Positions 54,134 through 64,000 of a stretch of 64,000 bases of DNA are shown here, piece after piece. The DNA lies in the NCBI GenBank assembly GCA_963823655.1, contig CAWGMK010000002.1, positions 50,688 to 114,687 on the forward strand, written 5' to 3'. How positions within the stretch are numbered: position 1 is the stretch's first letter; the number at the start of each line of letters is the position of its first letter. Under the pieces are notes generated by a model. The model did no database searches. It saw nothing but the letters and a program-made list of their open reading frames with translations, and was not told the DNA's origin. The stretch is from an uncultured Bacillota bacterium. GTDB lineage: Bacteria > Bacillota > DTU025 > MWDF01. The position numbers were made by a program, and so were the translations under genes.

Positions 54134-54442
54134 GGGGCACCTCATTGATATTTTGCCTGGATTTTATCATCAGGACTTTCCCAATGCCGGCATCACCAAC
54201 GCCAAAACCGTTCTGAACAGCAAAGCCGGCATGAATTGGAGCCGCCAGTTAGCCAATAAGAAGGCCGTTTGGCGCGAATTCCGGCCTTGGCTTCCTTCTT
54301 CCTGGGAAAGAAACAAGGGTGAACCAATAAAGCATGGTTCACCCTTAATAATATGTAGATTTTGGTCTACTTAAGTCATCCTGATAATCAATTGCTAGGC
54401 GCATATCGAATATGCAAACAGCGGACCCAAGTGAAGACAACA

Positions 54443-55117
54443 TCATTCTACGGGTATTTGATCGCCTTTGTACTTAACCTCGAAGTTCTTATACACTATC
54501 AAGATCCCACGATGCTCCAGGCTGATAGAAAGACAACATTTGCGGCAGTAACCAGTCTTTGAAATAGCCTGCGATAGACAAGTCCGGACCCTAGTTTCTA
54601 AATCGTTCAAACTGAATTTCAGCGAATCACCTGTTTTCGAAATAACCATTTTGTTTTGCCCCGGTGAAATCATAATCTCGTCAACAGGCTGACTAAGAGT
54701 GATTCCCGTAGTCTGCCCATTGCAGATATAGTCAAAATGATAATCTCCGACGGAATATTGGGCGTCTGCCATCGCAAGTCCGCCATACCATTCTGTATTA
54801 GGCGGTGGAGGGAATCGATCTCCGATGAGAGGTAGAAAAAAATCGAACGGTGGTATGTGTCCGTATCACCTAGTTCGAATTCCCAGGTAACTTCGAAATC
54901 TCCATTGTAGAAATGGGGTGCGGCTGCACTGATGTTCTTAAGACAAGGCCATCTTCCTCATCTATGAGAAGTCCGTGCTTAGGTACCAAGCCCCATCCGC
55001 CCTGGACAAATCCGGCTCTGTTGTAAAGTCGAAGAAATATGTCTTGCTAAAACAGCCTGAGAAGAGTGCCAACGATACTGCCAGGAAGCAGATTGTCACT
55101 AACCTTGCCAGTTTCAT
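54443..55117 (-). pseudogene. ConA/LamG-like lipoprotein (copy 3), multiply frameshifted
   Basis: GGAGGTG RBS; MKLARLV...FSG-CFSKTYFFDFTT; F.NGDFEVTWEF; NKMVISKTGD; YKNFEVKYKG, in different frames. Confidence 0.65.
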
Positions 55118-55377
55118 GCAAACACCTCCGCTTTTGAATTCTATATTTTGCCTAGAATTCCTTTGTTATGAAACCGAAACAATCGGATGTCAGCTGCTTA
55201 CTGGAATCGCTCCATAGAAGCTTGAACGGTTAAGCGACAGCTAAAATAGCATATTGCTTTTCATGAGGGAGAGCGTGAAACAAAAGCCAAGTAGATCGAC
55301 AGGGGAAAAGCATCCAATATCAAATATTACAATAAGAGAAATAAGTTCATCCAAACAATAGAGAGGGGGAGAATGTA

Positions 55378-56019
55378 ATGTTCAAGAAGGCGGTTCAGTT
55401 TTTAGTCCTTCTTCTTGCTGCGGCAATATTATCGGGTTGCACATACTCCTTCGACTTCGCGCTTGAGGGGGATTTGATTAATTCTGCCGGCGAGGAGTGG
55501 GAAGTCGTAGCAGGTGAGGCTCCTGCGTTTTCGGCAGACGGGGCACATCTGAGCTCGCAGAAGCTAAAGTCACCGAGGGCATTTAGCGGGGATTACACGG
55601 TAGAATACTACTTCAAGCCGGTGTACAGCGACGGCTCCTTCATAGACGTCATGTCTTTCACGTTGCAGGATGTCAACTACATGGGGCTGTTTGTCTATGA
55701 GTTCCCGGATCTTCCCCCGGGCACTATTCATTATGCCATCGAGTGGGGCAATCCCTTCGACTTCGCAGGAGCGGCAGCTAACCCCTTTATCGTGGCGAAT
55801 GAGGAGAACGTGCTGAAAGTACAGAAGATCGGCAACAGGATGCATTTCTGGATGAATGAGGATGATTTAGTAGCGGAGATAATCATCCCGCCCGCTATGG
55901 TGTCCGAGTTCTGGGCCCCGGCAGTGGCAGGGACTTATAACGGCAATATCATAGGGGATGGGCTGTACATCAAGAGGATCAAGGTGACATATTCTTACGG
56001 TAATTCGCTACTGCTCTAG
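55378..56019 (+). CDS. ConA/LamG-like lipoprotein (copy 4)
   Basis: LSG-C lipobox; SFDF; SPRAFSGDYTVEY; ENVLKVQKIGN; IKRIKVTY. Confidence 0.7.
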   Translation: MFKKAVQFLVLLLAAAILSGCTYSFDFALEGDLINSAGEEWEVVAGEAPAFSADGAHLSSQKLKSPRAFSGDYTVEYYFKPVYSDGSFIDVMSFTLQDVNYMGLFVYEFPDLPPGTIHYAIEWGNPFDFAGAAANPFIVANEENVLKVQKIGNRMHFWMNEDDLVAEIIIPPAMVSEFWAPAVAGTYNGNIIGDGLYIKRIKVTYSYGNSLLL

Positions 56020-56049
56020 GACTCAGATGTGGCAATTGTCCGATATAGA

Positions 56050-56079
56050 GAAGGGCCGGGACGAAAATCCCGGCCCTTC
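56050..56079. terminator. Bidirectional terminator hairpin
   Basis: 12 bp perfect stem GAAGGGCCGGGA / TCCCGGCCCTTC between convergent genes. Confidence 0.65.
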
Positions 56080-56116
56080 ATTCGCATGACAGTCTCTAAC
56101 CTATGATCGCTGCAAC

Positions 56117-57736
56117 CTATTTGGCCTTGCTAGGCAGGTCGCTCTTCTTAAGCACAATGCTGTAGCCCTCTTTGGCAAGGATAATTGCCAGTATGAACAA
56201 CAGCACTGGGAATACTACCAGTATATAGTTACCCGCGAGGTAGTTCGTCCTGATCAGGAACACAAGCGCTGTCAGCGTGACCACCAGCATGAACACCATC
56301 GGCAGTATCAACATGCCGTAGCTCTTGCCGGTTTTCTTGAGCCATACTGCTACAGCCAACATGGACAAGGCTGAAAGCAGCTGGTTTGCGGAGCCGAACA
56401 CCGGCCAAATCTTAGCATATCCGCCCGAGGCGAGGTAGCCGCCGATGAGCACCGCGATGATTGTTGCGAGATACATATTGGTCAGAGGAGACTGCTTCTC
56501 CTTCGGTTTTGCAGGCTCAGTGAAGAACTCCTGGAATATGTACCTGCTAAGCCTTGTTGCGGTATCAAGGCTCGTCAGCGCGAACGCCGATACCGCAAGG
56601 GCTACGAAGGACTTGCCGATGTCGAACGGGATGCCGAACTTCGACATGAACGTTCCTACACCGGTTGAGAACACGTTGACAGGTCCGCCCTTCAGAAGGG
56701 TAGACAAATCGCCCTGGGACAGGTAGGCCGCAGTGGAGAGCGCGACGACTGCGAGTACGCCTTCGATGAGCATCGCGCCGTAGCCTATCGGCTTTATGTC
56801 CTTCTCATTGTCTATCTGTTTCGATGTAGTGCCGGAGCCGACTAGCGAATGGAAGCCAGAGATGGCTCCGCAGGCGACTATTACGAACAGCATCGGGAAC
56901 AGGTACTGGTTGTTGACCTTAAAAGCGGTCAATGCCGGCAGCTGATACACAGGCCTGAAGATTATGATTCCGACCACAGCTCCTGCGATCATCGCATAGA
57001 GCAGGAAGGAGTTCAGATAGTCTCTAGGCTGCAGCAGTATCCATACAGGAGTGACCGACGCAAGGAAGATATAGAACATCAGTATGATGATCCATGTGTT
57101 GACCGAGAGCGAAAGCGGGAAAAGGTAACCAAGGTAGACACAAAGGAATAACAGCACGACGCCTACTACTGTGCCTATTGTTATGGATACTCCCTTTCTA
57201 TAGACGGCATAGCCGAATCCTATCGAGAGCACCATGAACATCAGGGAAGAGGATGCGGCAGCAGGGACGCTCGCGAACGTGTTGGCCACGATGTTCGTAA
57301 ACGCCGCCACGACCAGAAGCAGAGTCAGCCATGCGAATATGGAGAACAGCTTCATGCCTGTCTTGCCCATGTTCGTGTTGATGACCTCTCCTATCGACTT
57401 GCCCTTGTGCCTAACAGATGCCAACAGCGAACCGAAGTCGTGAACGCCGCCGACGAATATGCTACCGATAATAATCCAAAGAAGGACAGGCACCCAGCCG
57501 AATATGGCGGCCTGGATGGGCCCGTTGATAGGGCCTGCTCCTGCGATTGATGCGAAGTGATGGCCCAGAAGTATGGCGGGTTTGGTGGGAATGTAGTCCA
57601 CGCCATCGTTGATTTCGTGGGCGGGCGTCTTCCTAGCGGGATCGATGCCCCATTTCTTGGCAAGCCATGCTCCGTAAGTTGCGTAGGCGACAATGAATAC
57701 TACGATGCTGCCTAACATAATCCAAAGTGCGTTCAA
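56117..57736 (-). CDS. cstA: Carbon starvation protein A family transporter
   Basis: TPAH...DGVDY, GHHFASIAGAGPI.GP, LLQPRDY, ACGAISGFHSL, FGSANQLL. Confidence 0.95.
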   Translation of the reverse strand: MNALWIMLGSIVVFIVAYATYGAWLAKKWGIDPARKTPAHEINDGVDYIPTKPAILLGHHFASIAGAGPINGPIQAAIFGWVPVLLWIIIGSIFVGGVHDFGSLLASVRHKGKSIGEVINTNMGKTGMKLFSIFAWLTLLLVVAAFTNIVANTFASVPAAASSSLMFMVLSIGFGYAVYRKGVSITIGTVVGVVLLFLCVYLGYLFPLSLSVNTWIIILMFYIFLASVTPVWILLQPRDYLNSFLLYAMIAGAVVGIIIFRPVYQLPALTAFKVNNQYLFPMLFVIVACGAISGFHSLVGSGTTSKQIDNEKDIKPIGYGAMLIEGVLAVVALSTAAYLSQGDLSTLLKGGPVNVFSTGVGTFMSKFGIPFDIGKSFVALAVSAFALTSLDTATRLSRYIFQEFFTEPAKPKEKQSPLTNMYLATIIAVLIGGYLASGGYAKIWPVFGSANQLLSALSMLAVAVWLKKTGKSYGMLILPMVFMLVVTLTALVFLIRTNYLAGNYILVVFPVLLFILAIILAKEGYSIVLKKSDLPSKAK

Positions 57737-57782
57737 GTAATCGCCACCTCCCTAAATCTGTTAGAAGAGTTTTCGCGGACTT

Positions 57783-58289
57783 TTATACGGGCTTTAGATC
57801 GAAGACACTGCTGATCTGCTTGGCCTTACCATTAGTGGCTATCACTCCTCCTTTAAGGGAAACAAGCAGCAGTCTTATATCGGCCCAACCCTTAAATCCG
57901 AAAGAGAACTGCTTGTTGTATTTAAAGAGCTTGATGCTCTTGAGAATCTCCTCGCTATCAGGCAGATCATCGACTACGATCACGCCGGTCAGCGTGCTGG
58001 ACATGTGATTGCCGTCAGGTTTGATCAGGGCATCAACCGACTTCACCAGGCCATCGGTAAATTCCTTGCAGACGTGTCTGTCCAGTTGCTCGAAGCGCTT
58101 TACAAGGAAATATTCATTGTTCTCGAAAGCGTAAATCACCGCGGTCTTTACGAGAACGTACTTCTCGTTGCGCAGATGATACTCCGCGAACATATCGTAC
58201 CGGACTCCATTGATGTTCCAGTCCCTCTTGATATCGAAGCTGCGCGTAAGCTTCTTCTCCAGGTTATCGAGGTAAAGGTTGAATTCCAT
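57783..58289 (-). CDS. Hypothetical protein upstream of cstA
   Basis: 168 aa ORF with RBS and natural composition, co-oriented with cstA. Confidence 0.6.
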   Translation of the reverse strand: MEFNLYLDNLEKKLTRSFDIKRDWNINGVRYDMFAEYHLRNEKYVLVKTAVIYAFENNEYFLVKRFEQLDRHVCKEFTDGLVKSVDALIKPDGNHMSSTLTGVIVVDDLPDSEEILKSIKLFKYNKQFSFGFKGWADIRLLLVSLKGGVIATNGKAKQISSVFDLKPV

Positions 58290-58745
58290 TTCGGCCCCTT
58301 ATCGATGTAGTTTGGTAGATTATGTGCTCTTCTCGAACCAATTGAAGGAAGGGTGCATAAAGTTTACAAAGGTCGGATCCCGGTCCAAGCATAGTATATT
58401 GCAGAGCAAACGCAGCTACAATATCATTCCAAGTCGAAATATTACATTCTGCCAAACATACGCTGCCCAACTGCGTTGCCGCACCATAATGGCGCAATAA
58501 ATCGCACACAAAAAAGGATATTCGCCTTTCAAAGCCGTTTACCTCTTAGTTAAGAAGAAATATTAATTGTTCGCCTTGGATCGCTGACTGTAGTGAATAC
58601 CTGTGGTAGAGCCCATGGAGCTGGCCGAGGATTATTCAAGTTTGGATATTAGAACCGTTTATACTACTATTGGACAAAGGAATTACCGCATTGCTTGGGG
58701 AAACACTAGACAGACAACCTCCGACATCAAGGAAGGAGGCACAGC

Positions 58746-59039
58746 TTGGACAAGGGCAAAATCAAGGAGATACTCAACAACATAAAGCTGTTCTGGCAGG
58801 GTGCGACGGACTACAACAGGAAGTCCAAAGCCTTGCTTATTAAGGAAAGCCACAACGAGATGGACGAATTCATATTGTTATGCTTCGGCGACATCCTTGG
58901 CATCCCGATACCGACCGGCTACTACTCGCTGGAGCTGCTGCCGCTGCTTGCGGAAGACCTGGAGGGCTGGCAGTTCAGGATGAGCTCAAGGCAGAACATA
59001 TGGCAAGAAAAGTGGGGGGATTATGGGTTCGATGCCTAA
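58746..59039 (+). CDS. Small protein of the type associated with cstA/arsA (cory-CC-star-like)
   Basis: DEFILLCFGDILGIPIP..YYSLELLP; GGAGG RBS; overlaps the ArsA-like gene. Confidence 0.65.
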   Translation: MDKGKIKEILNNIKLFWQGATDYNRKSKALLIKESHNEMDEFILLCFGDILGIPIPTGYYSLELLPLLAEDLEGWQFRMSSRQNIWQEKWGDYGFDA

Positions 59040-59986
59040 CAAGCAATTTGGCAGCAAGATAGTGTTCTTCGGCGGCAAGGGCGGAGTGGGCAAGACTACT
59101 TGCAGTGCGGCGTTTGCCATGTTCTGCGCCAAGAGCGGGCTGAAGACTCTTATCGTCTCCACAGACCCGGCCCATTCAACGTCCGACATCTTCGAAAAGA
59201 GGATCGAAGACAGCATAACGAACATCCTGCCCAACCTTGATGCGCTCGAAATAAGCGGGGAGAAGGAGAGCAAGGCCTATATGGACGGTGTTAGGCTTAG
59301 CCTTCAGCACATCGTAAGCCCCGTTATCGTTGACCAGATAACCAAACAGATAGATGCGGCCTCCATATCACCTGGAACAGAAGAGGCCGCGCTTTTCGAC
59401 AAGATGATAGATATTATCACAGAGAAGACGGATGAATACGACAGGATAATCTTCGACACTGCGCCCACCGGTCATACCGTAAGGCTCCTTTCATTGCCCG
59501 ACCTTTTGGGCGCGTGGCTGGAGACGCTCATCAAGAAGAGGAGCAAATCAGTCGCACTGATGTCCATGGCAGAGCACAACGGCAATGCAAGCAAGGAAGA
59601 GATCGAAAAGGATGAGGTCATCAGGATTCTTTAAGAGGCGCTATGACAAGATCATCCGGGTCAAAGCGATAATGATGGACAAAAAGCTCCTGTCGTTCAT
59701 ATTCGTGATAAATGCTGAGAAGCTGCCCATAGACGAGACCGTTAAGGCAATTGCTATTCTTGAGAAGTACAACATACTCGTTGAGGGAATCATTGTGAAT
59801 AAGATACTCCCGGACGATACGAACGATCCCTTCTGGAAGGGCAAGAAGGAGCAGGAGGGCAAGTATCTAAAGCTAATCGAAGAGACATTCAAGGGCAAAA
59901 AGGTATTCAAACTGCCGCTTCTCCAGGAGGACATGAAGGCCGACAACATAGAGGCCATTGCCGACAGGTTTGCAGGATTCATCTGA
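59023..59986 (+). CDS. Single-domain ArsA/Get3-family ATPase, frameshift ~59631
   Basis: GGKGGVGKTT, STDPAHS, FDTAPTGHT.RLL; C-terminal half (NAEKLPI.ET, IVNK) lies in the next frame. Confidence 0.88.
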
Positions 59987-60010
59987 TTGGTGGGAAACAA
60001 CCATTTTGAT

Positions 60011-61120
60011 TTAACTTCCATCCGCGGCGAGAAAATCCTCAAACGTAAGATATCTTCTGATTACAGCCCCGCGGGTGATGTAAGATACCAGGCGCGCTTC
60101 GCTCTGCGCGACCGAAGAGGAGAAGCTTCCTAGGTCCGCATGGTCGAAGTCGCCCAAAAGGTCGAACTCCATCCCGGGCACTTCCTCGTCGAGCGCTTTC
60201 TGCAGGCAGACGGCCGATATGAAGGCGAGCCTGTAATCCATGACTGACTGCTTGCAGCACCAATAGATCTTGTTGAAGCTTGATAGGGCTTCCTCATAGA
60301 AGCTGACCAAGGCTGAATAGTCGATGCCGGCATCCTCGCCCCCTCGGCTAACAGAAGTCGGCCCTTCTGTTTGGTTGTTCCGGCTTTCCGGCATATCTGC
60401 CATAAGTCTGCCTGCACTCTCGCCTAAGCCAAGAAAGGCGCCGCAAGAGGAAATGAGGTTTGCGACAACTGTCATTATTCCATCTGTGTCGGCGGATCTG
60501 ATTATCGCGTCATAGCCCTCCAGGAATCCATCAGGCAGACGCTGCATGACCGCCAGGTCATCGTACTGCTTCTTCAGCCCTTTATGATAGTAAGTGCCGT
60601 TTTCATACGCCACGGCGTCAGACAGCAGCATCAGCGCCATGCCTGCCTGCTTTCTGCAGACGGAGATGCCGGCATGTCGGGCTCTTGATACTTCCCACAG
60701 GGAAAGGACCTTGTTGAAAGCATCTACGGCCCTGGCGTGCATGAAGTGCCCATCCGCGACATTACGAAATAGCTTGGCCCTCAATTCCATGAAGCGGCCC
60801 AGATCCTCATCGGAATCGCTGTATGCGACTACTGAGTCTCCAAGCAGCGGAGCCAAAGGCTCCTTGAGTTCGGACAAACCAGCAACACGCGCCCAGCTCA
60901 TCGGGAACAGGTCAAAGCCGATGCCCTCGACTATGAACGTCTTGCTCATCTCATATCCTCTTCCGGTCTTTGGGATGAAAAAGAAATCCACATCGGAAAG
61001 AGGATTGGACGTTGCGTTGACAAAAGAACCATATAAGGCCATTATGGCGACATCATTCTTGAATTCGCGCCCGGCCCTTCCAACTGCCCATTCAACGATT
61101 CTTTCGTTTCTGCTTCTCAT
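60011..61120 (-). CDS. Nucleotidyltransferase-fold hypothetical protein
   Basis: LYGS....SNPLSDVDF (GS...DxD), then a helical region. Confidence 0.6.
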   Translation of the reverse strand: MRSRNERIVEWAVGRAGREFKNDVAIMALYGSFVNATSNPLSDVDFFFIPKTGRGYEMSKTFIVEGIGFDLFPMSWARVAGLSELKEPLAPLLGDSVVAYSDSDEDLGRFMELRAKLFRNVADGHFMHARAVDAFNKVLSLWEVSRARHAGISVCRKQAGMALMLLSDAVAYENGTYYHKGLKKQYDDLAVMQRLPDGFLEGYDAIIRSADTDGIMTVVANLISSCGAFLGLGESAGRLMADMPESRNNQTEGPTSVSRGGEDAGIDYSALVSFYEEALSSFNKIYWCCKQSVMDYRLAFISAVCLQKALDEEVPGMEFDLLGDFDHADLGSFSSSVAQSEARLVSYITRGAVIRRYLTFEDFLAADGS

Positions 61121-61405
61121 CAGTCCAGCACCCCTTAATCGAGAAGAAAACCCGACCGGGGACCCCAAGGAAAAGGGATCGGCCGGCTTGGAGATCTGCA
61201 TCCAATAACAAATTACCATACTGCATTAGGCCATTGGAAATCCCAAAAATGCACGGTCTTCTCGGGTGGTCAAAAGTCCGGACAGGAGCTGCTGAAACGC
61301 GGGCACTGCTTGCATGTATAGTTGAAAACGAAATAATTAGTTCGCATGCAGGATATTTAAAATGAAGCATAGAAGAAATTAATATCAAACTTGGGAGGTG
61401 CAGGT

Positions 61406-62047
61406 ATGCGGTATTCGCGTTTATTGGTCCTTCTGTTGATCGTGGCGATTGCGGCCATCGGAGCAGGCTGCGGGAAGAAGATCTACACACACGATTTCCT
61501 AACACAGGGCGTAGCTGGCTGGTACTTGGATGACTCGTTCGGAGGGGAATATGCATTGGTCCCTGGATCGGGGCTGGAGCTAGACTATTATGGAATCGCG
61601 TCTCCAAAAGCTTTCACCGGGGATTTCACAATGACAGTCGAATTCACGCTTGACGTAGATGCGGATAACCAGGTCTATTTCGAATTCTACCCGGGTGATT
61701 CACCATACTGGGAACCTGACAATTACATCTACAGCTATTTCGATTACATCGGATGGTTGACTGAAGAGGAATGGGATGTAGAGGACGTCGGACCGTCGGA
61801 TTCAGACCATGTTGTGGATGAAATCGGCACAATCTCAACGCTCAACAGAACTGGCGACAACACATGGACGCTGGTAAAGAACGGAAACAGCTATGAGACT
61901 TACATCAACTCTTATAAAGTCTCCGATTTCAACTCAGTCTACTGCAGAGGAAGCAAGTATTATCTGGCGATGTATGCGTACCTAGACGGAGGCAGCATTT
62001 ATTTCAAGAACGTCGAGGTCGAATACACTGGTTCGATGGTAAATTAG
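61406..62047 (+). CDS. ConA/LamG-like lipoprotein (copy 5)
   Basis: GAG-C lipobox; close paralog of the 27056 gene (NQVYFE.YPGD...WEPDNYI). Confidence 0.75.
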   Translation: MRYSRLLVLLLIVAIAAIGAGCGKKIYTHDFLTQGVAGWYLDDSFGGEYALVPGSGLELDYYGIASPKAFTGDFTMTVEFTLDVDADNQVYFEFYPGDSPYWEPDNYIYSYFDYIGWLTEEEWDVEDVGPSDSDHVVDEIGTISTLNRTGDNTWTLVKNGNSYETYINSYKVSDFNSVYCRGSKYYLAMYAYLDGGSIYFKNVEVEYTGSMVN

Positions 62048-62428
62048 CAGCATAGAAAACATGTAGCGGATAATCCCTTCAGACAGGCGGCACGGTTTTG
62101 AAAACCGGGCCGCCTTATTCTTGTTTGAAACAAAAATCTGGAAAGACCAATTATAGGGTAGCGTAAAAAAGTCAAAATACCTGGGGTGGGTTTACTTGCA
62201 TAGAATCTATTGCATGCTTGCAAGGATATTTCCGCACCTCGAATATTATGCCTATAAGCTGGTAATAAGGCGCCCACAGTTAAATAACGCCGGTTACAAA
62301 ACCTTTCACCCAAAGGCAAGACATAAGAATTAATAGTATAACAAAAATAATAATAAATTGTATCTAAAATAGTATATGTATGATATTATAAATATATAGA
62401 TAAATTATTAGAACAAAGGAGCTAACAA

Positions 62429-62662
62429 ATGAATATATCCCTGAAGGCAATGGCATCCAGCACAGAGATGATGAAGAACTATAGAACCTGCAGGCAAAAG
62501 GCCCAGAATATGGGGAGACTATTCATCTTAAGGAACAACCAGGCCGATGCAGTATTATTCTCCATTAAGGAGTACGAAAAACTGTGTGCAGTAATTGAGT
62601 ATTTCGAGAAGTTGAACAGTAACGCAACCTTGGCCGATATAAAGATACCAAACCGGGATTGA
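62429..62662 (+). CDS. Phd/YefM-like antitoxin-fold protein, copy C
   Basis: ASSTEMMKNYRTCR...GRLFILRNNQADAVLFSIKEYEKL; AAGGAG RBS. Confidence 0.78.
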   Translation: MNISLKAMASSTEMMKNYRTCRQKAQNMGRLFILRNNQADAVLFSIKEYEKLCAVIEYFEKLNSNATLADIKIPNRD

Positions 62663-62763
62663 ATCGCGAAAGTGCAGCCGAGGCACTGTTGAATGTCCGA
62701 TACCAGCTTGTGATGCAAACGATTGAGCCAGAGCAAAGAAGTCCCTGAAAGTAAGGAAAACAT

Positions 62764-63981
62764 ATGAGGGCCCTTAGGATAACCGCAGCACTGATATTGA
62801 TTACACTTGTACTAATGTTGCCTCTTATTACAGATGCCACATCCGCTGCGAGCGTGAACGACATCATAGCCAACCCCAACCAGCCATACCAGGCTTCGAT
62901 TTGGACCGATAAGAACGATTACAATATCGGAGATAAGATCAGCATAGGTTTCAGGGTCACGAAACCCGCTTATACATATGTCTTCACGATTGATGTAGAT
63001 GGCGCGGTCAGGATGATATTCCCCAACATATATTCCAAAGAAAACAAAATAAAGGCAAATACGACGTATAAGCTGCCCGACAGCAGCAAGTACAGCCTTA
63101 CTGCAGGGGGTCCCAACGGCACGGACCAGCTTGTGCTTATATCCACCCCCGGAAAACTGCCTGACACGGATTGGATGTTGAAGTCTCTTGGTGAGGACAA
63201 CTTCGCCCCTCAGGTCAATATTGGAGTTACGGCCGATGTGTTCATGTTAGAAATGAAGTCGGATACAATAAGCTCTGCCTTCAAGAACAGCTGGTCAAGC
63301 TCGTATATGTCGTACACTGTGGGCGGAATAAGCTCTATAGAGGCGCCGATTTCGGCAAAAGCTCCTCAAATCCCGCTTCCGGTTCAGAAGTCCGGAAAGA
63401 TTTTCTTCTCCTCGGATCCTAGCGGGGCAAGGCTTTTTGTTAACGGAGTGGACAGCGGGATAACGCCCGTGAGCATTTCAAATCTCGATTACGGCTTATA
63501 TGAAGTGAACATGATGCTGATGGACTACTACACGTATTCGGGTGTAGTTGCTGTAAAAGATAGCAATCCGCTTATTGTCAATGCATTGCTCGACAGGATT
63601 GAAGGCGCTTCCCGGGCCAATCTGACGGGTTTGCTCGTTTATAAGCAGATAATTATAAGCTACCCTGATAGAGACAATTTCAAAGAAGAATTCGCGGCGG
63701 GCGGATCAAGTGGGACCGTAACCTTGAAAAGCGCTTCTTTGCTTGGCATGCTTACAAAGATTACCGCTACTGCCGTCATAGATGAGAATACCGCAGTCAT
63801 AGGCACGATCACTGCAACCGGGGAGAATGCCGCCGATTTCGGCAGAATTCTGGAATTCGACTTAAATCCGTTCAAAGTAAGGGTAACGGTACTTGACTAC
63901 AGTACAATCAAAGGGTCGCTTACGGGCACCATCTACTTGGATACCGTTCGTCTGTTGCTGGAAGTGCTTTATGCGGGGTAA
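62764..63981 (+). CDS. DUF4384 + PEGA domain secreted protein (intact long form)
   Basis: Paralog of the 17149 and 18546 genes. Confidence 0.82.
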   Translation: MRALRITAALILITLVLMLPLITDATSAASVNDIIANPNQPYQASIWTDKNDYNIGDKISIGFRVTKPAYTYVFTIDVDGAVRMIFPNIYSKENKIKANTTYKLPDSSKYSLTAGGPNGTDQLVLISTPGKLPDTDWMLKSLGEDNFAPQVNIGVTADVFMLEMKSDTISSAFKNSWSSSYMSYTVGGISSIEAPISAKAPQIPLPVQKSGKIFFSSDPSGARLFVNGVDSGITPVSISNLDYGLYEVNMMLMDYYTYSGVVAVKDSNPLIVNALLDRIEGASRANLTGLLVYKQIIISYPDRDNFKEEFAAGGSSGTVTLKSASLLGMLTKITATAVIDENTAVIGTITATGENAADFGRILEFDLNPFKVRVTVLDYSTIKGSLTGTIYLDTVRLLLEVLYAG

Positions 63982-64000
63982 AAAGCATCAACACTGCCCT

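Noticed and set aside
1543-59986. Programmed frameshifting or phase variation as the cause of the split genes
   Set aside because: Sites lack long slippery tracts and hit unrelated genes, including core metabolism; sequencing error is more parsimonious
59023-59986. Arsenic resistance operon
   Set aside because: Single-domain ATPase with no arsB/acr3/arsC/arsR neighbors

Overview
A 64 kb bacterial chromosomal window of roughly 50% GC, with AT-rich promoter islands. The organism looks like an anaerobe with Bacillota-type regulation (a Trp T-box, an Flp/Fnr box, YtxH) and apparently an outer membrane (two secreted beta-strand proteins ending in Phe). From left to right: a partial sensor kinase; a cytochrome b5-like gene plus 2-oxoacid:ferredoxin oxidoreductase; a thiol/redox block (cystine symporter, CoA-disulfide reductase, a Cys-tipped membrane peptide, a secreted tandem thioredoxin, and a UxxC selenoprotein that the ORF track splits); and tyrS. 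A ~17 kb island of secreted and envelope proteins follows, containing DUF4384-PEGA paralogs, an S8 protease, a ~1500 aa Ig-repeat protein preceded by a ~355 nt highly structured unexplained RNA, a porin-like protein and ConA-like lipoproteins. The rest holds a T-box-controlled Trp ABC transporter, a metal ATPase/Crp-Fnr operon, an XRE-ImmA regulator, an Opp/Dpp system and a cstA/ArsA-like locus. Three paralog families are scattered across the window: 3 toxin-less Phd/YefM-like genes, 5 ConA-like lipoproteins and 3 DUF4384-PEGA proteins. Many genes carry single-base frameshifts that look like sequencing or assembly errors. No rRNA, tRNA, CRISPR array or transposase was seen. All family assignments come from motif recognition by eye; no searches were run.
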